The notes under the pieces were generated by a model. It was not told the DNA's origin. It ran no database searches and saw only the letters and a list, made by a program, of their open reading frames with translations. The position numbers and the translations under genes are program-made. From assembly GCF_001194135.2 (NCBI RefSeq), contig NC_068982.1, positions 176,978,511 through 177,042,510 on the forward strand: a stretch of 64,000 nucleotides of DNA, read 5' to 3'. Positions 13,202-25,565 of this stretch are shown one piece after another. Source of the DNA: Octopus bimaculoides. Its lineage: Eukaryota. Within the stretch, counting starts at the first letter, position 1; the number at the start of each line of letters is the position of its first letter.

Positions 13202-13889
13202 TGTGTGCGTGTCTGTGTGCGTAGAGCTGTATAGAGTTTGCAGTATTCACAACAGATGTTTTTCTATCCAATGATGTATCTTACATTATACTGTACTGAG
13301 AGGTTCACAGACGCGAGTGACGAAGACGTGCTATACGTCTGTACTAGATATTCCCTTCTAAATGCTCTCTTCAAGGGACCTTGGAAGGACCCCGGAGGCG
13401 AGAATTCAGATAGCTAGAGTCAATCGGTGGTCTAAAACCGAGCAAACATACCTACGTTCACTTCTATATATTAAGAAAGTTACCTTCTTAATGATCTGTA
13501 CAATAAATATACATATAGTTCAGCTATGATATGAGTGGCTATAAAATGTGTAGCCATTGCTTTCTATGTGAGCAATCAGCTTCTTTGTTTTGTGGGTGGC
13601 AAACAAGCTGTACTACTACAGATTTGCGTTTGTACATTAATAGCATTATATACACCATGCAACCATTTAATTATTTTATTTATGCTGAGTATTTCAGTGT
13701 AGGCTGCTATTAAAAATCTCAACATTATAGCAACTCAAATTTGGTGTTTGTGGAACACGTCAGCAACATAAAAGAACATCGATTGATGTTGATTTCTGCA
13801 GTGTCCACGAGACTTTAATATATTTGGAGTGAAGTAAAAGTCTTACCATATGCAAATAACAGAATGCGTCTTGCACTACCTATGACCTT

Positions 13890-14705
13890 ATCGCTTCCCC
13901 CCATCTTCCCCCACCGTCTCCAGCATCATTGTCCACAAACCTAACAACCTTGGCCACCCCCATCGTCTCCACCTGCAACTGCCCCACCGAACTCATCTCC
14001 AGATATCTTGACCGTGTCGTTGCCACCCCCTAGTGGCTTACCTCCCCTCTCACATCCATGACCCCAACCATACGCTTCGTTTGTTCAACTCTTTCTCCTT
14101 CCCTCCTAGCCCCTCTAAACTTCTTTTCACTCTCGACGTCCAGAGCCTTTACACGGTGATCCCTCACCACGTGGGGCTGCGTGCACTCCAACATTTCCTT
14201 GACCTTCGACCTAAACCCCAACCTGACACATCCAGACTCGTTCGTCTGACCGAACTTGTCCTCTCACAGAACTGCTTCTCGTTCACGGGTGATTTTTACC
14301 AGAAAGTCTCGGGAGTGGACATGGGAACGAGAATGGGCCCCAACTTTGCGAACCTGTTCGTTGGCTACGTTGAGGCCCCCAAATATTCTCAAGTTTCACT
14401 GGTCCCACTCCCGACCTATACGGCCGTTATATTCATGACTGTATCGGAGCAACCTCACTCTCACGCAAACATCTAGATTCCTTTTTCTCTTTTGTCAAAA
14501 CATTCCATCCCGTCCTCCACCTCTCCTGCACTATCTCTGACACGTCTGTCTACTTTCTTGACATTTTGGTCAGCATTCATCATTCCACTCTCAGCACCTC
14601 CATCCACTACAAACACACAGACTCACACTCATACTTCAACTTCTTCTCCTCCCACCCTAAACACACCCAGCTCTCCATCCCCTATTCCCAATTACTTTGT
14701 CTTTT
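13890..14705 (+). mobile_element. Penelope-like element, reverse transcriptase fragment (pseudogenised)
   Basis: HKPNN...PIVSTCNCPTELISRYLD, LFTLDVQSLYTVIPH, SGVDMGTRMGPNFANLFVGYVE, RYIHDC (from RYIDDC), HYKHTDSHSYFNFFSSHP and SIPYSQ are all PLE RT hallmarks. Several frameshifts. Confidence 0.9.
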
Positions 14706-14813
14706 GGGGGACAAACACAGACACACAAATTCGTACATATATGTATAGTATATATATACGTTATTTGCATTATTTACAATTGACTGATATTTGTCCTCAT
14801 CTTGTTTGTTGTA

Positions 14814-14859
14814 AACACAACGTTTCGGCTGATATACCCTCCAGCCTTCATCAGGTGTC
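14814..14859 (-). ncRNA. Minimal type I hammerhead ribozyme motif
   Basis: Minus strand reads GACAC CUGAUGA A GGCUG GAGGGUAUAU CAGCC GAAAC GUU GUGUU. Stem I is GACAC/GUGUU, stem II is GGCUG/CAGCC, the core is intact, and stem III is the palindrome AACGUU. Confidence 0.75.
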
Positions 14860-15029
14860 ATGGGGAAATTTCGAATCTGGGTCCTCATTCCTAAAGTAAG
14901 TTTCGATGTTTTTGTTGTTATTATTATTAATATTGTTATTATTATAGTTGTTCAGGTTACTGCGTGGAATCGAACTCGGAGTCTTGGGGTTAGTAGCCTG
15001 CGCTCTTAAACACCACACCATATGCCCGT

Positions 15030-15100
15030 GGGCATATGGCGTAGTGGTTAAGAGTACGGGCTACTAACTCCAAGATTTCGAGTTCGATTCCAGGCAGTGA

Positions 15101-15103
<3 letters not shown>
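15030..15103 (+). promoter_or_regulatory. tRNA-like internal Pol III promoter (A and B boxes) of the right arm
   Basis: A box TGGCGTAGTGG at 15037-15047 and B box GAGTTCGATTCC at 15080-15091. The mirrored B box on minus is at 14966-14977, with a mutated A box. Confidence 0.7.
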
Positions 15104-15172
<69 letters not shown>

Positions 15173-18100
15173 CAACAACAACAACAGCATTGAAAAATAC
15201 CTTAGGAATGAGAACCCAGGTTCGAAATTTCCCCAAGACACCAAGACAGATTATACTTATGGTTATCAAGTGTAGCAATCTATTTATTAATTTCGCTGCA
15301 GTTTTCGTTGTTGGATTTGAGTGTGCGAAATATTTTTTCTGCGTTCTAAAATTGTAATTTTTCCGTATAATGAAAATAATATGGTAGCTTGTATAAATGT
15401 TGTTTTTCAATTCATGATGTCCTTGTTAGCAAAACATTGAAAACTATATCCACCCTGCTTTCGAACACATTCACAGCCGTCTTCGCAATTGTAAACAGTA
15501 TCCACAACGACAGTCGAAAATTTATATTGTTGTATAAATTAAAAGAAAAATAATTGAAAAATGAAATATACAAAAACAGCATTTCTTATTTATTCTATAT
15601 TATTCGAATTGTGAACATTTAAGAGGTCCAACTACAAAAGATTAATTAATGTAATATTGCATTAAGTAAAACTCATAACATAAGTCTTTCCAAACTTCTC
15701 TTAGGGACGTTTGCTTATGAGCTTCGATATAATAAGTATTTGTTGAGCACTTGGGTCGATGTTATCAAAATACCCCCGCACTCGAAACTGTTGGCCTTGT
15801 GACAGTATTTGAAACTAATAAATACGAACATCGATCGTACAAAAATGGACATCATGGGAAAATAATTGTAAAAAGCCCATGCAATGGTGATTTGCTAAAT
15901 TAGGGGCCAGATGTTATATCTCAGTAATGGTACATAATATATAGGAAAGGCAACAATAGATACGAAAAGAATTCCGTTTATGTTTTTATTGACACAAACC
16001 TACCAAATCAAAACCACAGTACTCCCATATGAATTTAAGATTTATGTTGAAATTTAAACATACTTGGTGACTTAAGATGCATTTACAAAGCCAAACAAAT
16101 ATGCAAAAATTGAAATTGAATACACAGTAGAAAGAAAGAGAGAGAACACCAACGGAGCAAATAATTACTCCCAAAATGCAGTCTACGTAGTTACGGCTAA
16201 TAACTGCAAATAATTTGAATTGTTAAAAATAAAGAAATCGGAACCCTTGGATAAAAACAAATAGAGAAATAATGGACGAAAGTAATACACAAAGTTATGG
16301 AAACAAAGAGCAAAGGAGTATGCGAAGATGTAATAAAAAATGGATACTATAAAGACATATATTAATATGACAAGAATTTAAAGGTGGAAATAAAGCATTA
16401 AATAGGGGATTTTCCTTTTGAATAACGAAATTATCTGTACAAGGTAGAGCCCATCGATGAAATATTAACAAAAATTTAAAAATTAAACTTACTTATCGCA
16501 TAGAAGCATGAATATCTCTAATTCAGATAATATAATATGCACAACTGCCACAGATATGCCATTACTTTACATCATATAGGTGTATAAAAATCAGCAACCA
16601 ACATACAAAAATGGCTGTAAATAAAAGAAAACGAGTTCCTGTTATTAACGAAAAAATATAAAAAAGAGCGAAATGCTGTGAAATGTAGTACTGAAATAGA
16701 GCCCAAAAGATTTTATCTCAAATAAAAGAATAATTAAAGCAACAGTCGTTCGCTCCATTGCAGACAATCCGTCTGAAAAGTAACTTGGTTTTTCTAAAAT
16801 ACATACAGAAAATGTTTGAGACCAAACCAAATCTGTTCTATTTAAAATGAGATGAAAGGAATAAAAATCAATGCAGCATCAAAATGATAGACATTTCTGT
16901 GAGGAAGTATGGACATCAAGATTTCACAGCGGTAAGATTCTTTAAAACGGAGAACATAACACTTGAAAATTTATGGCGGCCATATTAACGTAAGAAACTC
17001 TAGGCTCTAAAATAACAAAATAATTGGAAATTATAAGAAAATAAGCTTCTGATTGAAATATTTAGTAGTGACATAAGATAGAGTAGTAAAGATTCTTGGT
17101 AAGAAACTGAAGAAGCCACGGATTACAAGTCTCTAATTTATTGAGAAGAAAGTATTCTAATCAGAAAATGAAATAAATGGTTTACCCTAAAAGAAAATGA
17201 AGGCCAATAATTGCATTCATATACTGTACAAATATTAAATGTAATAATATATCAAGTAAAAAATATTTGGGAAAATTTTCCTATGAAATAAAATCCTGTT
17301 CCAATGAGTATAAAATCTTGTTCAAAAACAACGTTTCATCCCAGAATGCTTGATAATTGCAATTAGATTACCAAAGCGCTATAGATATCAATCATACAAA
17401 AAGATGCATTAAAAAGAATTCGTAACAACATATAAGCATTGAGCTATAAGTAAACAACAGTTCTCCAAATGAAGAGAGTATAAAACTTAGGGTTAAAATA
17501 TTTGACAAAGTAAACGACGATGACAAACCCCATACACCTAGAAGAGGAGACTAAATCCTGAAGTACTAGTATTAAGCCGTAGCACATCAAAGGAATAGAT
17601 GAAGTAAATGTTAAACAAGAATGACAATAACTGAAATATAACTAACGAAATGTGAAAAATATTTAAGAATAAAAAGTTCTAAGCAGCATATTGGAGAAAA
17701 TGAAAACGGAAAACAGTGGGGGAATAGAAAAGCGACAACAGAGCGATAGTAACAACGTCAAGAGCAACAGAGCAATAAGAATAAAAGAATCAACTAATAC
17801 GAGCCATTTACAATCGAGTATAAATGAAGTAGATTTAAGGTAACATCAATATATAAAAACAGGAATAGTATATATCGATGTTTATCTATTAATGACATAG
17901 TATTAAAAGGCTGTTTTAATTTAATTTTGTAATATAATTCAGATCTTCATTCGTTGTTTTTCTCAAACAGACATTTGAATTATGACTACAGATTTTCAGA
18001 TAAACGCTTCAAAGACATCTTCACGTGATTAGTAGTCGCTACAATTTATAATAAAAATGAGTAGGTTTGCGCGCACACGCACACACACACACATACACAC

Positions 18101-18502
18101 ACACACACACATACACACACACACATACACACACACACACATACACACACACACACATCAGCATCTGTATACCTACAAATACGCAAACGTGGACTGAAGG
18201 CGGTTGGTTTGGGAGATTCTTATCTTATTGAAAGTGAGAAAAGTTCAATGAGTGAGATTTGTAAGTTGCAGATAACAGTGAGTTTCATAGAAATTGTCAA
18301 TGGGAGGACGAACAGAGTCAAACTGGTTTGTAGGTATGTGTAGGTAGATTAGAATAGCAGTGTTTATTCGATGGCCTGAGAGTGGTAGAGGACGTGCTCA
18401 TCGATCGAGTATAGGATGAATCGTTACATTTTTTTCACATAAGGGTTCGAAATCAGAATCTTTGTAACGGAGTCGACCACGAGTGAAGAATGGGAAAATA
18501 TT

Positions 18503-18715
18503 CTTTTCTACTCTAGGCACAAGACCCGAAATGTTGGGGGACGGGGCCAGCCGATTAGATCGACTCCAGTACGCAATTGGTACTTAATTAATCGACCCCA
18601 AAAGGACGAAAGGCAAAGTCGACCTCGACGGAATTTGAACTCAGAACGTAAAGACTGACGAAATACTGCTAAGCATGTCACCTAGCGTGCAAGAGTTTCT
18701 GCCAGCAGGCCACCT
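18503..18715 (-). mobile_element. tRNA-derived SINE family C with 17-bp target-site duplication
   Basis: Core AAAGGCAAAGTCGACCTCGACGGAATTTGAACTCAGAACG is shared with 40085-40266 and, inverted, with 57613-57820. Flanks are AAGAATGGGAAAATATT (18486-18502) and AAGAATGAGAAAATATT (18716-18732). Confidence 0.85.
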
Positions 18716-19439
18716 AAGAATGAGAAAATATTATAATACATTTAGTGTGCTTACGATGAGTGAAGGTAGGCTTTGGTGTTTTTGGGGAGTAGTAGATGGA
18801 TGTGGACAGATGGATACTGTTGATAGCGAGAGTGACGACTTAGAAGTTAAATGAGTATTCAATATAGTACAGATGAATTCTTATAAGATAGAGTGGTAGA
18901 GGTAACGAATGAAAGAAACATTATCAACTTTGTGTCTAAGTAGTACGGTAATACAAACTGTATTATCACCGTACAGCTCTTAGGCAAAGGTCTAATCCTT
19001 GATGGGGCCTACAAAGATTTTTGCAACAATGATAGCATTGTAGCCACTTTAGACATCCCATAGATCTGCTTATAAAATTCACTTGAAAAGAGGAAATAAA
19101 TCAGAGCGAAGACGTGTTTAGCCTAAGAAAGAAACTTTTGTTGGGAACATTTGTTGGGAGGTGTTTTACGTTCTGATGTGATATGATGTCCAAGGTGAAA
19201 ATAGTGGCACTTTTTCCGCGTCTGTGATTCCTGGTCACAACTACATGAATGATATAAAACACTTGTACATCGTTATGTTCTGCCTCATATAAAATTTTAA
19301 AACGCCACAACATCTACTCTCAAAGGCTTATGAACTTAATACTGTATATTGTATTTTCACATATGTACAACGCTTTATTATGTATAGCTATATATAAACA
19401 AAGATAAGTTGAAGGACCATTCTGTGTTTTACAAAAGTG

Positions 19440-19915
19440 AAAAATGATTTACTTAACGAGCCCATAACCTGCGTGGCCTCCTGGTGCACAGTTTCCTCCC
19501 TACCCCTGCTTACCACCCGGAGTCTTTCCCCCTGCTCCAGCCCACGCTGTCGCACCTATCGCTGCCTCTCTAACACCACCAACCTCACTGGCACCTACAT
19601 CCATCTCTATCACATCACCGACTTATTTACCTGCAACTTTAGTTATTTACTGCATCTCCTAATCTCTCGTCCTTCCCTGTACAATGGGCAAACCGGACGC
19701 CGCTTGGCTGACTGGTTCACGGAGTACCTCCGAGACATCAGACTCGGCAATGACACCCCGGATTCACGCTACTTTCGCCCTACTGGTCATTCATTACAAC
19801 ATCTATCTATGTTCGGACTGTCTCTGCACAAGGACCACCCGAACTCTCGCTTTCACCGTAAACACGAATTAATCTTCTCTCTTCGTTTTTGGACTATATG
19901 GGCTTAACACATTAC
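19440..19915 (+). mobile_element. Penelope-like element, GIY-YIG endonuclease fragment
   Basis: ORF 19437-19907 contains PCSSPRCRTY...HITDLFTC...PSLYNGQTGRRLADWFTEYLRDIR...RYF..TGHSLQHLSMFGL...HELIFSL, a degenerate YIGxTGRRLxDRFxEHL motif. Confidence 0.8.
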
Positions 19916-20478
19916 CTCTCTATATCTGACACCAACCCCACACAAATTTCCACACATCAACATTCTTCCTACCTCGGTACTCTCACCACACACACACCAT
20001 TATACAAACACACATACACACTGTTCAACTCATTAGTCACTATTCAACTCAGTACACACACATCACACACCATCATGCACACACCTACACAAGCGCATAA
20101 TACCTGAACACAGACAATATATGCACATACCTGCAGCATGCATAAAGACACGCAACACGCATAGACAAAGATAACTTTCACCTACAAGCATACACTATAC
20201 ACATGAACACTATTTCCTCAGAGACACAGACAAATAGACACATACATATACATCTGCACATACCATCTAAAGAAGTACACATTAGCTGCTACACTCAAGA
20301 CATACAAACACACACGCACACGCACATACACACGTTAGACTCGCTCGCCCCGATTCACAAACACACACGTTAGACTCACTTGCCCCCATTTACACATACA
20401 CACTCACACACACCAGTCTCACATACGAACAAACGCTTGCGTACCTTCGTTCGTTGAGGCCACTATTGACTTTGCCGC

Positions 20479-20479
<1 letters not shown>

Positions 20480-20530
<51 letters not shown>

Positions 20531-20942
20531 TTATGTAGGACTGAAGTAACTCAACAGAAGTTTTTATAGATATAGAGAGAATAGTTCTTAACTTGAATAC
20601 GATTGACACGATACATCACTAAGTCTAACGTGTGTATGGAAGGCACACGAGATGCCGAAATATCGTTCAACTACAAATAAATAACTGTTGCTTTCGAGTC
20701 GCGCTTTTCGTCATTAAGTTTGCCTTGCTGATGGATTACGTCAGCTATGTTTACCTTTGTGATGGATTGTGTCAATCGTATACAAGTAAAGAACTCTTCT
20801 CTATATATCTATTATCATTATTATCATTAGTATTATTATTTTATGTTTGACTTTTGTCTTGCATTTGTACAAGTTGGATCCATGTCTCACCCAGAGACCT
20901 CAAGAGACAACAAGTTAGAAGTTTATGTAATTATTATTATTA

Positions 20943-21004
<62 letters not shown>

Positions 21005-21043
21005 ATCATCAGCAGCAGCAGCATAATTATTATCATTATTATT
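20480..21043. repeat. (ATT)n tracts at 20480-20527 and 20930-21043
   Basis: Directly visible. Confidence 0.9.
20843..20929 (-). mobile_element. Extremely 5'-truncated copy of the R4/Dong-like LINE 3' end
   Basis: Reverse complement of ~63915-64000 (TTGTCTCTTGAGGTCTCTGGGTGAGAC.TGGATCCAACTTGTACAAATGCAA), set between ATT-rich tracts. Confidence 0.85.
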
Positions 21044-23713
21044 ATCTCCCTTTCATTCAAGCTGTTTTTTTCAGTCATCCCACCATGTTGGACCGTTGAA
21101 CTCTGCACTTTTTGTTCTGCCTCGGTGTTTTTTTTTATTCTCCCTCCCTTTTTTGCCTCTTAATCTTTTATGTTGAAGAGCGTAGGCTCGAAAAGTTAAA
21201 GACTTTTCCATTTTCGCGCGTGTTAAACTAATATACTTGTTTGTTGTTCTTACACCTGCCTTCGTCTTTTGTTTTCTGTAAATTTGTACTATACATACAT
21301 ACATATATATATATGTATATATATATATATATNNNNNNNNNNNNNNNNNNNNNNNNNNNNNNNNNNNNNNNNNNNNNNNNNNNNNNNNNNNNNNNNNNNN
21401 NNNNNNNNNNNNNNNNNNNNNNNNNNNNNNNNNNNNNNNNNNNNNNNNNNNNNNNNNNNNNNNNNNNNNNNNNNNNNNNNNNNNNNNNNNNNNNNNNNNN
21501 NNNNNNNNNNNNNNNNNNNNNNNNNNNNNNNNNNNNNNNNNNNNNNNNNNNNNNNNNNNNNNNNNNNNNNNNNNNNNNNNNNNNNNNNNNNNNNNNNNNN
21601 NNNNNNNNNNNNNNNNNNNNNNNNNNNNNNNNNNNNNNNNNNNNNNNNNNNNNNNNAGAAGAAGAAGAAGAAGAAGAAGAAGAAGAAGAAGAAGAAGAAG
21701 AAGAAGAAGAAGAATGCGGGAGTGTCATGATAGTAGTAGAATGTTAAATGGTCACGTGCCCTGAAAGTGACTTGTTGTGGATGGTAGTAGTGATTGAATT
21801 CTTGAGACATGTCTTTTGAATGTTTTGTTTATAAAATTTGCGTAGGTGTTATTCTAAACAGCAGTAGTGGTGAAGTTAGGAAGGAAGTGACGGAGAGGAA
21901 GAAGAAGAAACAGAAAGAGAAGGAAGAATAAGAAGCAATGTAGGTGGTATGATAGTAGTAGGATGTTAAATGGTCAAGTGATCTAAAAGTGGCTCGTTAT
22001 GAATTATAGAAGTGATTGGGACTGTTTTCTAATGAATTGTCTCAGCCTTAGATATACAAGGATTTGATAAACTAGTCTATAAATTAAGACTGAACCCCAA
22101 AAAACAAAAACATCAACGACAGACAGAGTCTGTAACAATGTATATCTTCATGATAACTTAGTATCTTCTATGCTGGAGTGGAGACAGCATGTTCTTTGTC
22201 GATCTCCTTAACTTCTGGAGATTTTTAGGTATAATTACACTAATGTGTCCATCTGTTCTAATTTAATTAAATTCTATGTCTTTGTGCAGCTGAGGATTTC
22301 TCTGCATTCTAAATTGATGTAATGATTGCATTGTTCAATTAAATGGAGTCGCATGAAACGATCGTACTGCATTACCTCTGTATATCCTTGTTGCTTATTT
22401 TGATATATATACATATATATATATATACATATATANNNNNNNNNNNNNNNNNNNNNNNNNNNNNNNNNNNNNNNNNNNNNNNNNNNNNNNNNNNNNNNNN
22501 NNNNNNNNNNNNNNNNNNNNNNNNNNNNNNNNNNNNNNNNNNNNNNNNNNNNNNNNNNNNNNNNNNNNNNNNNNNNNNNNNNNNNNNNNNNNNNNNNNNN
22601 NNNNNNNNNNNNNNNNNNNNNNNNNNNNNNNNNNNNNNNNNNNNNNNNNNNNNNNNNNNNNNNNNNNNNNNNNNNNNNNNNNNNNNNNNNNNNNNNNNNN
22701 NNNNNNNNNNNNNNNNNNNNNNNNNNNNNNNNNNNNNNNNNNNNNNNNNNNNNNNNNNNNNNNNNNNNNNNNNNNNNNNNNNNNNNNNNNNNNNNNNNNN
22801 NNNNNNNNNNNNNNNNNNNNNNNNNNNNNNNNNNNNNNNNNNNNNNNNNNNNNNNNNNNNNNNNNNNNNNNNNNNNNNNNNNNNNNNNNNNNNNNNNNNN
22901 NNNNNNNNNNNNNNNNNNNNNNNNNNNNNNNNNNNNNNNNNNNNNNNNNNNNNNNNNNNNNNNNNNNNNNNNNNNNNNNNNNNNNNNNNNNNNNNNNNNN
23001 NNNNNNNNNNNNNNNNNNNNNNNNNNNNNNNNNNNNNNNNNNNNNNNNNNNNNNNNNNNTATATATATATATATATATTTGTATGTATGTATGTATGTAT
23101 GTATGTATGTATGTATAAAGCTTTTGGGAAGCGTACTAAGTGGTAATAAGGATAGAAGAAATATTAGAAATAATGGAGACAACATGTCGTTATTTATTCA
23201 TGTATCGAAATAAAGTTTTTCCAATGAAATGAGATGACATTCTGCTTGAAGATAAAAGGATTTAAGCAATATTTTATCGCATTTCCTTGGGAAAATTTGA
23301 GAAAGATTTTTATCGGTATAAATACATATATGCAGAGGAAGACGGTTGTTTTCATCTGGCGGTTTATTCTATAAGTCTGACTGCATAATCTTCACGACAA
23401 AACATCCAGTACCAGTCAACAATATCACAGATTATTCTACACTTGTTGAACTAAATTTATTTTAATTCTCTTTAAATACAAATTGCCTGCCACTGATCAA
23501 GATCTTTGATCACTATAAGTCAATGAAATAACACTTCATTATTGCAATGTCCTATCAAAAATAACAACTAGACAATGGCTGGGAGATAACATAACAGTTT
23601 ACTCAAAGTAGCCGCCCAGCAAGGCTTCAAGAACGTTTCAGAACCTATTACATTCGTTTTACACTGTTTGTGGGGGGATATGTGTGTGTGTGTTTCTCTG
23701 TGTGTGTGTGTTT

Positions 23714-23777
<64 letters not shown>

Positions 23778-23829
23778 NNNNNNNNNNNNNNNNNNNNNNN
23801 NNNNNNNNNNNNNNNNNNNNNNNNNNNNN

Positions 23830-23890
<61 letters not shown>

Positions 23891-23917
23891 GTAGATAGAT
23901 AGATAGACATAGATATA

Positions 23918-24265
23918 GTGAAGGTGCCTAAGTCAGTAGTTAGAACGTCAGGCTCACAAGCATGACGGAGTAAGCTCGATTCTTGGACCGGTCTTTGTGT
24001 TGTGTTTTGAGCAAGACACTTTATTTCACGTTACTTCAATTCACTCAGCTGTAGAAATGAACTGCAACGTTACTCGATGCCAAGCTGCATAGACATTTTC
24101 CTTTTCCTTCGATAACGTCGGTAAGAGACATCAACTTGAAGAAGAGAGATGACATGCATGGGCAACTGCTGGTCTTCTATAAACAACTTTGTCCTAACTT
24201 TGTACCTCCGAGGGGAAATTTTTATGTGCAATTCCATGATCGCTCAGGACCTAAGGAGGTCTTTA

Positions 24266-24268
<3 letters not shown>
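23918..24268 (+). mobile_element. tRNA-derived SINE family A, near full length
   Basis: tRNA-like head with degenerate B box (AGCTCGATTCTT), central TTGAGCAAGACACTTTATTTCAC...CACTCAGCTGTAGAAATGA domain, and a tail matching 1914-2035. Ends at (TA)n. Confidence 0.8.
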
Positions 24269-24323
<55 letters not shown>

Positions 24324-24344
24324 AGATTATGAGGGGCTTATAAG

Positions 24345-24610
24345 ACGATAAAGAATATAGGAGTTTAGAATATGCACATCTAAAGTTATTTAAATATGAA
24401 GAGCATAGCAAATCCACGTCGCTAGCCAACCACATAAACTATCTGATAAATAGACAAATACCTTATAAGATATACTGGGCAATAATAGAATCTGGTGTCC
24501 CGCACCAAATCCAGCGTTCTACATGTAGACTGCCTGAAAGAAGCCCTCATTGCAATTACTCAATAAAGAACACGGAGCATTTTCTACATAAGTTCTTTGG
24601 CACCTTTAGA
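24345..24610 (+). mobile_element. Penelope-like GIY-YIG endonuclease C-terminal fragment (second lineage)
   Basis: HSKSTSLANHINYLINRQIPYKIYWAIIESGVPH..RSTCRL(C)LKEALI matches the STxLxxHIxxLK...YxIxWxI...CxLCLxEK pattern. Confidence 0.6.
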
Positions 24611-25440
24611 TTCTTCCATGGGACCAAATGCAAAAAACAACTTTGCAAAGCCTAGTCGTTTTACTTTCCTGTTGATCCATGTATGATAAACTGAATCATC
24701 CGTTATCGCTGTGAAACCGCTAACATTGACAACGCAGATTATTTTTGGTTATAGTGATATTAGTTACCAGGTATGATTATGACTCTCTTTCTTAATGCAT
24801 TGATCTTCAACGTTACTAATCGTAAATAGTGGTTTATATTCTGACAACACTTTGAGAGGAGCTACAAAATTCAATTGTCCTCCTCTTTCACTTCTAAGAT
24901 AGTAAAGACATATAAAGTGCTCAATAGTAGAAAGCATTTTCTATCATAGCGTCTGCGTCATATTTGTTATGTAATTATTACGCTTCGTTGTACAATTTGT
25001 AAATAAATAACATAATATTTTAGCATTGTATAACGAAATACCGTACCAAATTGCATTATCTGGCCTCAGACATTTAAGGTTACTCAGAATGTCTGTCAAA
25101 ATGTATCCAGAATGAAAAACATAAAGATTGTGGTTAAGATATTTGTGTAATATCATTTTCCTCAGGGTTTTTTCATAATTGTGTTTGCATGTGTGTGTGT
25201 GTATGCATGTGCTTTGCGTGCTGCGTGTTAGTGGATGCGTCTGTTATGATGTGTGGATGTGTAGATGTGTGTAGATGTGTGTAGATGTGTGTGAGCATCA
25301 TGCATGTGTCTATGTGCGCGCCCACATGAGTGTGTGCGCGTATGTGTGTATGTGTGTCTCTCTCCGTCCTGCAATATTTCTATGTAATCGCATAAAAGTC
25401 CTGAGTAAATATTATAGTTATATATAATCAACCATGCATC

Positions 25441-25504
<64 letters not shown>

Positions 25505-25565
25505 CAGATAGACAGAGACACACAGACAGATAGATAAATAGATAAATAGATAGATAGATAGATAG
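25441..25565. repeat. (TAGA)n microsatellite; similar tracts at ~31290-31408 and ~53876-53923
   Basis: Directly visible. Confidence 0.95.

Larger units (their letters stand above)
14757..15243. mobile_element. Palindromic non-autonomous element: two back-to-back tRNA-like heads, (AAT)n spacers, hammerhead-bearing arm
   Basis: Symmetry centre CCATATGCCC-GT-GGGCATATGG (15018-15039). The arms mirror each other out to ~14855 and 15242. The right arm is truncated. Confidence 0.85.

Noticed and set aside
13317-13345. Hammerhead-like GTGACGA-AGACGT/ACGTCT-GTAC
   Set aside because: Stem II is present, but two core segments are wrong (C3 and GAAA) and there is no convincing stem I.
14955-15103. Pair of genuine tRNA genes
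   Set aside because: The acceptor stems do not close, the left copy has a mutated A box, and there is no T-run terminator. They are repeat heads.
16200-17900. A-rich, strand-biased stretch suggestive of a very old LINE; similarly 44300-46300 on minus
   Set aside because: No RT or endonuclease motif could be read with confidence.
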